This document shows, piece after piece, positions 39,113 through 54,468 of a stretch of 64,000 nt of DNA. Positions within the stretch are counted from its first letter, which is position 1, and each line of letters opens with the position of its first letter. This DNA is from the human T2T-CHM13v2.0 reference genome, Homo sapiens, in NCBI GenBank assembly GCA_009914755.4, contig CP086569.2, positions 23,136,001-23,200,000 of the forward strand, in the 5' to 3' direction. Position numbers and translations under genes: made by a program. The notes under the pieces were generated by a model. It searched no databases, had not been told where the DNA came from, and saw nothing but the letters and a program-made list of their open reading frames with translations.

Positions 39113-41565
39113 CAGTAGGCTTAAAAATCATCTCTACTTGGTCCCAGGTTTTCTTAAAAAAAAAAAAGAAGTTGTGAAACTGATGATTTCTGTCACCATT
39201 GTGATTCTCTGAGATATATAAGACTTTTACTCAATTCCTTGGTCTGCACATCAAAAACATGAACTGAACTAATGTATATCCAATTTGTTACCCAAATGTG
39301 TTCGTCGGAAAAATTCAACATTCAGACACATATTTACATACACACATCCAAGAAATAATGAGATACACTCGAAGTACTTGAACTTGGAACCACAACAATT
39401 GTTTTTGAGTCTTGGCACTAGCACTTTCTGATATGTGTCATTATATATGTCATGTAATCTTATGAAACTCAATATTTTATAAGAAAAAGCATACATTAAT
39501 ACTCATAATATTGTTGTAAACATACTAACCAAATTACATTTTACTGTAAAATTAGAAACTAGATGTACTTGTTGGTTTTTCAGTGCTCTTACAAAAAACT
39601 AATAATTGTAACATATTAATATAAGTAGATGTGTGAAAAATAAGTTAATAATTTTCTTCTTCCAATTTCATACATAAGCACTAATAGCATTTTCCCAGTA
39701 ATTTTCATGAAGATTAATTTTGCATATAAAATATTTGCAAAGATTATGTTGACATTTATAAAAGTGAAACTGCTATACAGACATCCATGTACACACAGTA
39801 TACATGCATATTCTATAATTCACCTTTGCTAAAATATGTGTTTTAGATTTTTTCTGAAGCAACACATATATCAATCTTATTTGCATTAATAGCTACATTA
39901 CAATCAACATTATATTTATACCAGAGTTTCAATGGATGTACCATTTAATCTTTCCAATTTTGAGGAAAATTCTATCATTCCAAAGATTTAGTATTAATAA
40001 ATATTTAATAAGTGGTACAAAATGTGAAAACTGGGCCAAGTGTTGTAAGTACTTTGTACTGAAATTACTTAAATACCGAATTTATGTAATATTAAATAAA
40101 ATTATAACTATTTAAATACCAAATTACTTTCCAAAAACCTTGGAGCAATCATGTTTCTTCTAGTACCTACAATGTCATCAACAATGGATGCTACTATTAG
40201 TTTTTATTTTTGTAAACTAATGAATGTATTATCTGTTACCTTAAGTTCATTTTTTGTTCTTGTTGTTGAGAACTAGAAATTCTGTTTAATTGTTACCAAT
40301 CTCTAGGGTGTCGGTTTTTTTCTAGCCAGAAACATCTGTGGCTATGATGCCTTTGTCCAAGATATTGTCTTGTGTCAGGAAGAATGAGGTAGAATGAGGT
40401 ACGCAGACAAGTGAATGGTGAACAAGAAGAAAAATTTTATTTAGTGTTAGTACAGCTCAGAGTAATGGTTTGCTCCTCTCTGTAGGCAGGTTGTCCAGTC
40501 AAGTGTTTAGCTCTTAGCAGAGAGGAGGCCCTGGAGGGGGCAGCTCCTCTCTATGGCAAAGTCATTTGGAGGTCTCTGCAGGCCTCTGAAGCTGTCAGCA
40601 GAGATAGTAGCTCCTCTCTGTGTCCTATGTGTAACGTTAAGAAAATACTGATGTTGAGCTTTAAAGCAGTATTTCACTATCTCTCTACACTGGCAATGCT
40701 CTTATTAAAATATAAGTAATCATTTGGCTTATATAGTATCATATTATGAAATGTAATAAGAGGCACTTACAATTTTTAGATTGCAATTTTGGTAATTAAT
40801 ATGGGCTTTGTCAGACACTCATGTAAGATATACATCTAAAGTTTAATTTATGTTATTTGGATATTATTTTATTAAATATCTAAATTCGGGAAAGGATTAA
40901 TCAATATGGTTGACTTCAGAAATGCCTGCCATATATCTCTCATATTTGTTAATCAAATGAAGTGTTGGCAGATTAAAATTTTTGCAGCTTAGAAATTTTC
41001 AAAGAAAATACAACGCACAAATTCATAAATGGTGATATTATTCCAAATCTTAAGTCAAGTAATATGTCATTAAGAAACACATAAACTCTTCTCTCAGAAA
41101 AATATTTTAAGTAATGAAATGTCAAAAGATATCTTAGAAAGCAAGTTAACTATTGTGTACTAATTTGATGTAGAAATACAGAATAGTAGAAATAAGAGTA
41201 ACAATGACTCACTTTTTCATCGAACAAAAATATAGGAAATCATCTTTAGATACAGAAACCTTTTTATAACTAAAAACACTGAGTTTTTAATTGGCAGAAG
41301 TATATTGAACCATCCAGATGGCAGGACTGGGCTGAATATTAGACCAAAGACACTGATGTTTAATGAAAACAGTGCATGGATGCTGTGAAATGTGACAATG
41401 TAAGCCGTAAACAGAAGGAATCTTGCTTTCCCCATTTGCTCTTCTGCTTCTCTCCTTTAACCTCATGTAGCCTGACATTTGATGGCTGGAAGATACTTCA
41501 TTGCAAGTAGCGAGGCCAGCGAGGCCAAATCTTGGATTTGAATTAGCACACAGAAACTGGTTCAC

Positions 41566-41688
41566 TTTTTTTTTTTGAGACAGTCTCGCTCTGTCGCCCA
41601 GACTGGAGGGCATTGGCATGATTTCAGCTCACTGCAAGCTGCACTTCCTGGGTTCATGACATTCTCCTGCCTCAGCCTCCCAAGTAGC
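41566..41688 (-). mobile_element. partial Alu, about 123 bp, reverse complement of the right arm plus T-run
   Basis: The string tttttttttttgagacagtctcgctctgtcgcccagactggagggcattggcatgatttcagctcactgcaagctgcacttcctgggttcatgacattctcctgcctcagcctcccaagtagc is present. The flanks gaaactggttcac and gaagctggttgac look like an imperfect 13-bp TSD (11/13). Confidence 0.8.
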
Positions 41689-41791
41689 ATGGAAGCTGGT
41701 TGACTTTAATGCCCATGACAAATTTATTTGCACTTTCTATTTCTTAGATTATGTGAAAATGTAAAATCAATTGGAAATTTGGATGCTATTA

Positions 41792-42188
<397 letters not shown>

Positions 42189-42346
42189 GTTAGCTGGATG
42201 TGGTGGCATGCAACCAGATTTCCAGTTACTCTTGAGGCTGAGGGAGGAGAATCACTTGAACCCAGGAGGCAGTTGTTGTAGTGAGCCAAAGCCATTGCAG
42301 TCCAGACTGGGAAACAGAGTGAAACTCTGTTGCAAAAAAAAAAAAA
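42189..42346 (+). mobile_element. old, diverged Alu right arm with poly-A, right half of the split older Alu
   Basis: The string gttagctggatgtggtggcatgcaaccagatttccagttactcttgaggctgagggaggagaatcacttgaacccaggaggcag..ccattgcagtccagactgggaaacagagtgaaactctgttgc is followed by an A-run. Confidence 0.7.
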
Positions 42347-42349
42347 ACC

Positions 42350-43506
<1,157 letters not shown>

Positions 43507-46170
43507 AGATATATATATATCATATATATATATGATATATATATATAGGTATATATATAGGATATGTATATATGATATATATATAGGATATATATAAAGG
43601 ATATATATAGGATATATATATAGGATATATATAGGATATATATATAGGATATATATAGGATATATATAGGATATATACAGGATATGTATATAGGATATAT
43701 ACAGGATATGTATATAGGATATATATACAGGATATATACAGGATATATATACAGGATATATATACAGGATATATATAGGATATATATACAGGATATATAT
43801 ATAGGATATATATAGGAGATATATATATAGGATATATATATAGGAGATATATATATAGGATATATATATAGGAGATATATATATAGGATATATATAGGAG
43901 ATATATATAGGATGTATATATAGGATATATATATAGGATGTATATATAGGATATATATATAGGATGTATATATACGAGATATATATAGGAGATATATATA
44001 TATGATATACAGGAGATATATATATGGGATATATATAGGAGATATACAGGAGATATTTATAGGAGATATATATAGGAGATATACAGGATATATATATAGG
44101 ATATATATACAGGATATATATATAGGATATATATACAGGATATATATATAGGATATATATACAGGATATATATATAGGATATATATACAGGAGATATATA
44201 TAGGATATATATACAGGAGATATATATAGGATATATATACAGGAGATATATATAGGATATATATACAGGAGATATATATAGGATATATATACAGGAGATA
44301 TATATAGGATATATATAGGAGATATATATAGGAGATATATATAGGAGATATATATAGGATATATATATAGGAGATATATAGGATATATATATAGAGGATA
44401 TATATATAGGATATATATATAGAGGATATATATATAGGATATATATATAGGATATATATATAGGATATATATATATAGGATATATATATAGGATATATAT
44501 ATATGGGATATATATATAGGATATATATATATGGGATATATATATAGGATATATATATATGGGATATATATATAGGATATATATATATGGGATATATATA
44601 TAGGATATATATATATGGGATATATATATAGGATATATATATATGGGATATATATATAGGATATATATATATGGGATATATATATATGGGATATATATAT
44701 ATGGGATATATATATATGGGATATATATATGGGATATATATATATGGGATATATATATGGGATATATATATATGGGATATATATATGGGATATATATAGG
44801 ATATATATATATGGGATATATATATGTGGGATATATATGGGATATATATATGGGATATATATGGGTATATATAAGGGATATATATGGGATATATATATGG
44901 GATATATATAGGGGATGTATATATATGGGATATATATAGGGGATGTATATATATGGGATATATATAGGGGGTATATATATGGGATATATATAGTGGATAT
45001 ATATAGGATATATATAGGGGATATATATATAGGGGATATATATAGGATAGATATATAGGATATATATAGGGGATATATATAGGGGATATATATAGGATAT
45101 ATATATATAGGAGATATATATATAGGATATATATAGGAGATATATATATAGGATATATATAGGAGATATATATATAGGATATATATAGGAGATATATATA
45201 TAGGATATATATAGGAGATATATATATAGAGGATATATATATAGGGGATATATATATGGGATATATATAGGGGATATATATATAGGGGATATATGTATGG
45301 GATATATATATAGCGGATATATGTATAGGATATATATATAGAGGATATATATATCGGATATATATATAGAGGACTTGTATATAGGATATATATATAGGAC
45401 GTGTATACAGGATATATATATATATAGGACGTGTATACAGGATATATATATAGGACGTGTATACATAGTATATATATATAGGACGTGTATACATAGGATA
45501 TATATATAGGACGTGTATACATAGGACATATATATAGGACGTATATACATAGGATATATATATAGGACGTGTATACATAGGATATATATATAGGACGTGT
45601 ATACATAGGATATATATATATAGGACGTGTATACATAGGTTATATATATAGGACGTGTATACATAGGATATATATATAGGACGTGTATATATAGGATATA
45701 TATATAGGACGTGTATATATAGGATATATATATAGGACGTGTATATATAGGATATATATATGCATTGGTATATGTGTCTATACAGCATTGTAATTGTACC
45801 AAAACAGATATATATATAAAATATATATAGGATATATATAAAATATATATAGGATATATATATAAAATATATATAGGATATATATATAAAATATATATAG
45901 GATATATATATAAAATATATATAGGATATATATATAAAATATATATAGGATATATATATAAAATATATATAGGATATATATAAAATATATGCAGGATATA
46001 TATATAAAATATATATAGGATATATATAATATATATAGGTTATATAAAATATATATAGGATATATATAATATATATAGGATATATATATTATATATAGGA
46101 TATATATATTATATATAGGATATATATATAATATATATATAGGCTATACATATATGCATTGGTATATCTA
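43507..46170. repeat. AT-rich minisatellite array, about 2.66 kb (about 240 units). The core unit is GGATATATATA (11-13 bp) with sub-domains carrying distinct variants and higher-order units. It sits inside the L1 ORF2.
   Basis: Read directly. Successive blocks are (tatataggatatg)n, (caggatatatata)n, (ggagatatatata)n, (gggatatatatata)n, a 28-bp ggacgtgtatacataggatatatatata higher-order unit (45395-45745) and a 23-bp aaatatatataggatatatatat unit (45800-46010). The L1 junction string gtaattgtaccaaaacagatatatat occurs at 43488 and again at 45785. Confidence 0.95.
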
Positions 46171-47525
46171 TATACCAATGCAACAGATCAGTGGGCTCAG
46201 AAATAACACCACACTTCTACAAACATCTGATCTTCAACAAACCTTACAAGCAAAGCAATGTGGAGATCATTCCCTATTTAATAAATTTTGATGGGAAAAC
46301 TGGCTAGTCGTATGCAGAAAATAGTAACTGGACCCCTTCCTAACACGTTATACAAAAATTAACTCAAGATGGATTAAAGACTTAAATATAAGACCTAAAA
46401 CCATAAAAAGCCTAGAAGAAAACCTAGGCAATACTATTCAGGACATAGGCATTGGAAAAGACTTTATTACTAAAACACCAAAAGCAATGGCAACAAAAGC
46501 CAAATTTGACAAACGAGACCTAATTAAATAAAAAAACTTCTGCAGAGCAAAAGAAACTATCATCAGGTTGAACAGGCAACATGCAGAATGGGAGAAAATT
46601 TTTGCAATCTATCCATCTCACAAAGAACTAATACCCAGGATCTACAAAAAATTTAAACAAATTTAGAAGAAAAAAAAACAAGCTCATCAAAAAGTGGGAG
46701 AAGTATATGAACAGATACCACTCAAAAGAAGACACTTTTGCAGCCAACAGACATGGGAAGAAAAGCTCATCATCACTGATCATTAGAGTAATGCTAATGG
46801 AAACTACAGTGAGATACCATCTCATGCCAGTTAGAATGGCGATCACTAAAAAGTCAAGAAACAACAGATGCTGGAGAGATGTGGAGAAAAACAATGCTTT
46901 TCCACTGTTGGTAGCACTGTAAATTAGTTCAACCATTGTGGAAGATAGTGTGGTGATTCTTCAAGGATCTATAACTAGAAATACCATTTGACCCAGCAAT
47001 CCCATTACTGGGTATATACCCAAAGGGTTATAAATCATTCTACTATTAAGACACATGCACATGTATGTTTATCTTGGTACTGTTCACAATAGCAAAGACT
47101 TGCAACCAACCCAAATGCCCATCAATGTTAGACTGCATAAAGAAAATACAGCATATATACACCATGGAATACTATGCAGCCATAAAAATGATGAGTTTAT
47201 ATGCTTTGCAGAGACATGGATGAAGCTGGAAGCCATCATTCTCAGCAAACTAACACAATAACAGAATACCAAACACCCAATGTTCTCACTCATAAGTGTG
47301 AGTTGAACAATGAGAACACATGGACACAGCAAGGGGAACATTACACCAGGGAGCCAGCCTGTCAGTGGTGGGGGATAGGGAGGGAGAGCATTAGGATAAA
47401 TACCTAATGTAGATGATGGGTTGATGGGTGCAGCAAGCCACCATTGCATGTGTATACCTGTGTAAGTAACCTGCATGTATTGCACATGTACCCCAGAACT
47501 TAAAGTATTATAATAATTTTTAAAA
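46171..47525 (+). mobile_element. old L1, segment 2 (ORF2 C-terminus and 3' UTR), continuing the L1 from 43506
   Basis: It resumes exactly where segment 1 stopped in L1 coordinates (..ccaatgcaacagatcagtgggctcagaaataacaccacac..). ORF 46707-46922 MNRYHSKEDTFAANRHGKKSSSSLIIRVMLMETTVRYHLMPVRMAITKKS is ORF2p C-terminus. The L1 3' UTR ends ..gtaccccagaacttaaagtattataataat. Confidence 0.85.
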
Positions 47526-48626
47526 TGACCTTGTTGAGAAAATTAAACTTTGAGAATTGTTGCCTTATTTGTGGTTTTGGCTTTTGAACAATCTCTAAAT
47601 GTAATCTTATTACACTTTCTGCACATGGTTAGTATTGGATATAATGCTTGTCTTTAGTATGGAGGGCGGATATTCCCAATTTATAATCAAATAATTTAAC
47701 ATTATGCATTTGGGCCATATCATATCCATTTTAGGATGAAAAGACACTGTTGCTAAGGACTTATTGTTTGAAGTCACAAGAAGGAGCAAACACAAAATAC
47801 AGAAATGAGTTTTCTGGACGTGTATGTATATATGGTCCTACAAAATTTTCTTTCTTTGGTTCAACAAAGTTGTATTTGGCATACATATCCTATTCAGTGT
47901 TGTGGATACAATAAGGATTGAGGAGTTAGTCCTTTACCCAAAAGACTTATAGTAAAATGGGAATAGTGGAGGCCATCTCCCATGTCATTTCTCTATATCA
48001 GTAAAGAAAATTTGAAAAATAAAATTCTAAAAATATGGAATTTATATTATTATACAAATTATGTAATATATAGATTTAAATGTAATTACAAGATGTTTTA
48101 CCAAAATTACATGTTATTTAGATAAATTAGAAAATATTTAATAATAGGAGAAATATAACATATTCCAGATTAAAAGCAATATTTTTAAGATTTAAAATTT
48201 TGCTAAATTTATTTATAGATTCAATACACTCTTAATCAACATATCCTCATTTGCCTGTATTGTTTGTAAAGCCCATCTCATACCTGAGATACCATCTTGG
48301 ATAAGAAAAGGGAGAGAGAAGTGAAATGAGTAAACTGAGCATTTGAGCATTGTGCTTAAGTGACTATTTTTATTATCGCATTGAGCTAAGACTACTTGAT
48401 TTGTTTTTTATTTTTAATTTTTTGTGAATACAGTCATTGTATGTATTAACTTGATTTATTGAATACAGTTTTTCCCTATCTTGAGGTTCCAGATGCTCAG
48501 GAGGAATGTCACATAACTTGAATACAAAATAAAGAAGTTATGATTTATTTATACCTCTGTGTATAATGCATATACATGTAAGCCTTCATAAAAAGTTCTT
48601 AAAACATATATCTAATTTGCTTATAA

Positions 48627-48937
<311 letters not shown>

Positions 48938-50041
48938 TGCGGAAAGATTTTTAGTCTTTTTAAAATCAGTGCTCAATTCATCATCATTCTTCATTTTTGG
49001 TATTTCTGTTATAAAATTTCACTAACTTTAACTTGGGCATTGAAACACTAGAACAGTATCATAAATTATATGGCATCATGCACGCCATTATCTCATGTGA
49101 TACCATTAGAAAAGAAGTGCAGTGCATAAACAAGTTTATTTAATATGTTATTTTCATTTATGTGTTTTGATCTAGATTAAAATTGATGAATATAAGCAAG
49201 AATCCAAGACAAGGATGCAAAATTTTGACGAATTGATGAACATTGCTAACATTTTAATCTTTATTATTTTGAGATACAAATTATGGATTTTAAATTTGTA
49301 ACCTCAATAATTTGTAAAAATTCATGTGTGTGTTGATATCTATCTACCATCTATCTATATATACAAATTAACAATAAAACTATAGATAAAAGAACTGAAG
49401 TTTATATTTTCTTTGCAGTATGCAATATTTTCCTGGGCGCTATAGGCTTTATCTAGTCCATTTCATACACTATGATTTCACAGTAATATGCAAATATATT
49501 TCTTAATAAACTACTTTACATTACTAATCAGCTATATACTTGAACACAAACGTGGAGATAAGGACGAAATATAGCCATTTTTAATAAAATAGTCCAAGGC
49601 ATCACCATATTCTATGTTCTAATGAGAAGCTACTCTGGATTTAAAATTATTTTTAATTTCAAATATAAAGTATTTTTGAAGCTAATTAAATTCTGTAGTT
49701 TCCTAGAGACAAGAAGTCTTATTCTTTTTGCTTAGCAGGTGTGTGTATGTCTTAGGGAAGAATTTAGCTGAGGTTGTATTTAATTAGATTGATTAAATAT
49801 GCAGTTGGCTCTATAAAGACAATTTTATGGGTATTGGTTAGATATCTATTTCTAAAAACGTAGAGCTTCTCTTTATTTCATGCTGTTTGCTCCTGTCTGC
49901 CAGGGATTTAAATAGGGAAACTAGCTGTGTTCATGAAAATGTGAATATATTCCTAAACGTGTTCTTTACCTCATCTATGTTATTTTGCACCAAGAGTCAA
50001 TGCATTGCCCATTTCGTTGTGAATATATACATATTTTTTGA

Positions 50042-50500
<459 letters not shown>

Positions 50501-50770
50501 TAATACTACTATACCTCTGTATCTCCCTCACAGCACCATTCACTTTCTACTTTCTAGCATGTTTAATCAGCTTTACAAACATTCCTTGAGGGGGGATTTT
50601 TATCTAATTTATTAATTTTTTTTCTTCCCATAAAACTAATAGTTTGTGTACAATTAGTGCTCAATAAACACTTTAAAGAGTTATTTGTTCGAGACACAGA
50701 ACATAAATAAAAAAGTAACAGTAAATAAATTATTAAATGAGTGAATGAATTTTCCTTTCTCTTTAAGCTT

Positions 50771-51086
50771 TATTTTATTTATTTATTTATTTTTTTTTTT
50801 GAGATGGAGACTTGCTCTGTGGCCCAGGCTGGAGAGCAGTGGCGAGATCTGGGCTCAGTGCAAGCTCTGTCTCCCGGGTTCACGCCATTCTCCTGCCTCA
50901 GCCTCCTCAGTAGCTGTGATTACAGGAGCCCGCCACCACGCTCAGCTAATTTTTTTTTTGTATTTTTTAGTAGAGACGGGCTTTCACCATGTTAGCCAGG
51001 ATGGTCTTGATCTCCTGATCTCATGATCTGCCCACCTCTGCCTCCCAAAGTGCTGGGATTACAGGCGTGGGCCACCGTGCCCGGCC
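50771..51086 (-). mobile_element. Alu (AluY-like), full length, with a (TTTA)n-modified tail; 13-bp TSD ctctttaagcttt
   Basis: The string tattttatttatttatttattttttttttgagatggagacttgctctgtggcccaggctggagagcagtggcgagatc runs through ..gggattacaggcgtgggccaccgtgcccggcc. Perfect direct repeats lie at 50758-50770 and 51087-51099. Confidence 0.9.
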
Positions 51087-54000
51087 CTCTTTAAGCTTTT
51101 TAACCAAGGGTCTTGAATATATTCTGGGTTCTTATTTGCAAATAGGAGAATCTAGTCTGATTAGATTATACAAAAAAAAAAAATAAAGTATATAATCTCA
51201 CAGAATCTCTGAAAAGTCTAGAGAGCCCTAGTTCCCTTGTCAGGAACAAAGCCCAGGCATACAGCAGATGCCGACGTATGGAAAATACCATCCATCCCTA
51301 CCAATTGCTCAGCACTTACGAGATGCAAAGCAGGATCACAAGACTCTGTTAATGTCATCCCTTGAGCTGAACACAAGTTTTAGCTACATTCTACAGAATT
51401 AATGTGTGTATCTTCTAGAACCACTATGAATACCTCTCCTTCAAAAACTTATTGCTTGTGAAAAACCAACTATGTTTAGCAAGTCATGAAACAACTGTAG
51501 TCATTTATCAGTGGTCACAGACTCACATTTAAGCATAACTTTAAATGTGTCATAGACCTGACACTTATCATTATGAATCAACATTAATCTCATGAAGATG
51601 AACTGGAGGTTGAAAGCCTGCAATTACCCACCAGCTAGGTACACCATTATTAGCCATGATGAAAATGCATCTGGGTTTTCATGTCAGGGCATATTGCCCA
51701 CCTGAGAAGGTAATAATCCTGAGAAATGACACTTCAACTTCCATGTCTTCATAGTCCCCAACAATCACTCAATCACATCAAGCACATGCCAAACTATTCT
51801 TGTGTTTCAAGGCTGACTTAGCAAACTGGTGGACTGAGAGAAATAACAATTCAAATTAAAGATGAGTGCAGTGGCTGTTAAGCAATATGACTTGCCAGTC
51901 ATAAAATGAGTAGGAAATAGTGTGACAAGGATAACCTCCAGTAGAAAGAACCAAAGTATTTCATTTTGACACCATCCACTTAGAAAAAATATGCTGATTT
52001 AGTTTCCATGAACATCTGATGTAATTTTATACAGTTTCTCACTGCAGTACAAGAAGTCAGGTAGATATGCTAGTATTTTCCTTAAAAAACACAAAGATTC
52101 TGAAAAGACTAGAGAGCCCAAGTTCCCTTGTCAGGAACAAAACCCAAGCATACAGCAAGAGAAAACTCCAAAAAACTTGAAATACCACAGCCTGAGCATC
52201 ATTCAACTGGCATGGGGGGTAAATCATTTAATTACCACTGAGTCTTAGGTTCATTGACTCTTTTTTTAATTCCTGAATATATTAGACATCAATTTTCTTC
52301 ATAAAATCATACACTTCATAAGAATTAACAATTATTCCTAATTTTTGGCTACCCATGATATCCCTTGTCCCCCATGTCTATTCTTATTTTTTCATACAAC
52401 AGAATTTTTGGCTTATCGGATAGCTGCACAGAGCAATACATTATATTCTAGCTTTGCCTGAAGTCAGATATGACCATGTGATAAATTTCTGTCTGGTGCA
52501 GTATATTAGAAAAGGTTTGTGCAACTTCTGGGGTGTGCATTTCAAAGGAGGGAGCGGTCATACCATTGTCCTTGTAAGTCATCTGGCTGGCCAGAATGTG
52601 GTCATGCCTGCAGGAGTCAGAACAGCCTCCTTGCACCACAAGATGTCTGTTGAGGATAGCAGAACAACAAAATAGAGGGAATGTAGGTCTCTGAAAATGT
52701 TGAAGATTACAGCAACCACATCAGCTTAGAATTGTATATAAGAGAAAAATTAGCTTCTGTCTCATTTAAAACTACAATTATATTTTAATGATGAGCAACT
52801 CATTGATTGCACTGTTGGTACTATACCTATCCCTATTGTATGGGCAAACTTTACTACAGAATCAAATAACGTTATCATGACAGGTTATCAGAAACCAACT
52901 GGATGAGTATCTTCCCATCCTCATCTCATATTTGTCAACTTAGATGACAAATGGATGAATGCTAGAATTTAAAATATATCTCAAATTAAAATTTAACACA
53001 ATTTCATCTGAACCATGCCTAGGTTTTGGTTTTTGCTTTGATTCTCCATTCAGCAGTGAAAGGAAAGGGAATATTTCAATAATTATTATATTATATAATA
53101 TCTATATTACTTATTCTAATGATTTACTTTTAAAATAATTTAAGAATATACATATTTGTAAAATTATTAACTTTAAAACTTTGGTTTAACAAAAATATGT
53201 ATTCTATGATATAGTTTTTGCTTAGAAATATACATTTATATATTCATGCATATTTGCATGACTGTGTCAATATTTATTCAAAGAAAAATCATGAAAGTTT
53301 ACACAATGACTTCTCAGTTATGCCCTCTGAGACAGTAATTAAAGATGGTAAGTGAATAAGTTTGTCTTTTTTATTATATACTCAAGTATTAATTAAACTT
53401 TTCAATGAGCTTTGGTCTTGATCGGCACATGAAAACAGACTAATACAGTAAATTTTTACAAAGAGTGAGGTGCTGCTGAAAAGATACCTGAAAATGTGGA
53501 AGTGACTTTGAAACTGGGTAATAGGCAGATATTGGGATAGTTTGGAGGGCTCAGAAAAAGAGAGAAAATGTGAGAAAGTTTGGAACTTCCTAGAGACTTG
53601 TTGAACGGCTTTGACAGAAATACTGATAGTGATATGAACAATAGGTCTGGACTGGGGTGGTCTCAGATGGAGAGGAGTAACTTGTTGGAACTGCAGCAAA
53701 GGTGACTCTTGTTATCTTTTAGCAAAGAGACTGGCAGCATATTGCCCCTGCCCTGAAGATTTGTGAAACTTTGAACTTGAGAGAGATGATACAGGGTAGC
53801 ATTCTCAGGGGGTATGCTTGCAGCTACAGGAAGATGTATGGGAATAGACACACAACTCTCCCTCCCAGATAAGCACAACAAAGTGACACAGAAGCAGTCC
53901 AAGCCTCTGATATACTCTTCCGGACTGAATTCTTAGAATCTATTTGTGTGAAAGAGATTGTTTCTTGAACTAACTCGACCAGAAAACCCTCTCAGGTTTG

Positions 54001-54390
54001 CTTTCTTTAAAATAAACTTGCCCTTCACTGTGAAGCCACCTTTCATTTTTGTCTTGTCTTCCTTCAATTCTTACACTTAGTGCCAAAACCTGTGACTGGT
54101 GTTGAGAGCATAGGCTGTCTTGCAACCCAGGAGGCAGTAGGCAATGACAGCTCATCCTGAGTTAACTCCTGTATCCTAAAGTTCTCTGACTACATGTCCC
54201 ATCTTTTCTCTTGCTTAACTTTTCAAGTGATTTGTGTGAAGAGGACAACTAACTTGAACAGGCTGTGAGGCTCAGGTAGAGGCTACTCCCTGGTGGGATC
54301 TCAAAACACTCAGGTCTCAGGAATCCACCTCTGACCATGCACAATGGGTATTTTGCTCCCCAACCCTCCCTTGCCCCTTCTTCCTCCATC

Positions 54391-54468
54391 TTCTCTCTCT
54401 CTCTCTCTTTCTCTCTTTCTTTCTCTCTCTCCCTCTCCCCCACTCTCTCTCTCTCTTCCTCAAATGGC
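54391..54468. repeat. (CT)n/(TC)n polypyrimidine microsatellite with interruptions
   Basis: The run tctctctctctctctctttctctctttctttctctctctccctctcccccactctctctctctcttcc is read directly. The ORFs 54249-54525 (REREKE and SLSLS) are artefacts. Confidence 0.9.

Noticed and set aside
52448-52675. Overlapping sense and antisense ORFs of 63 and 73 aa
   Set aside because: Short, with no similarity and no flanking gene signals. This is within chance expectation for 64 kb.
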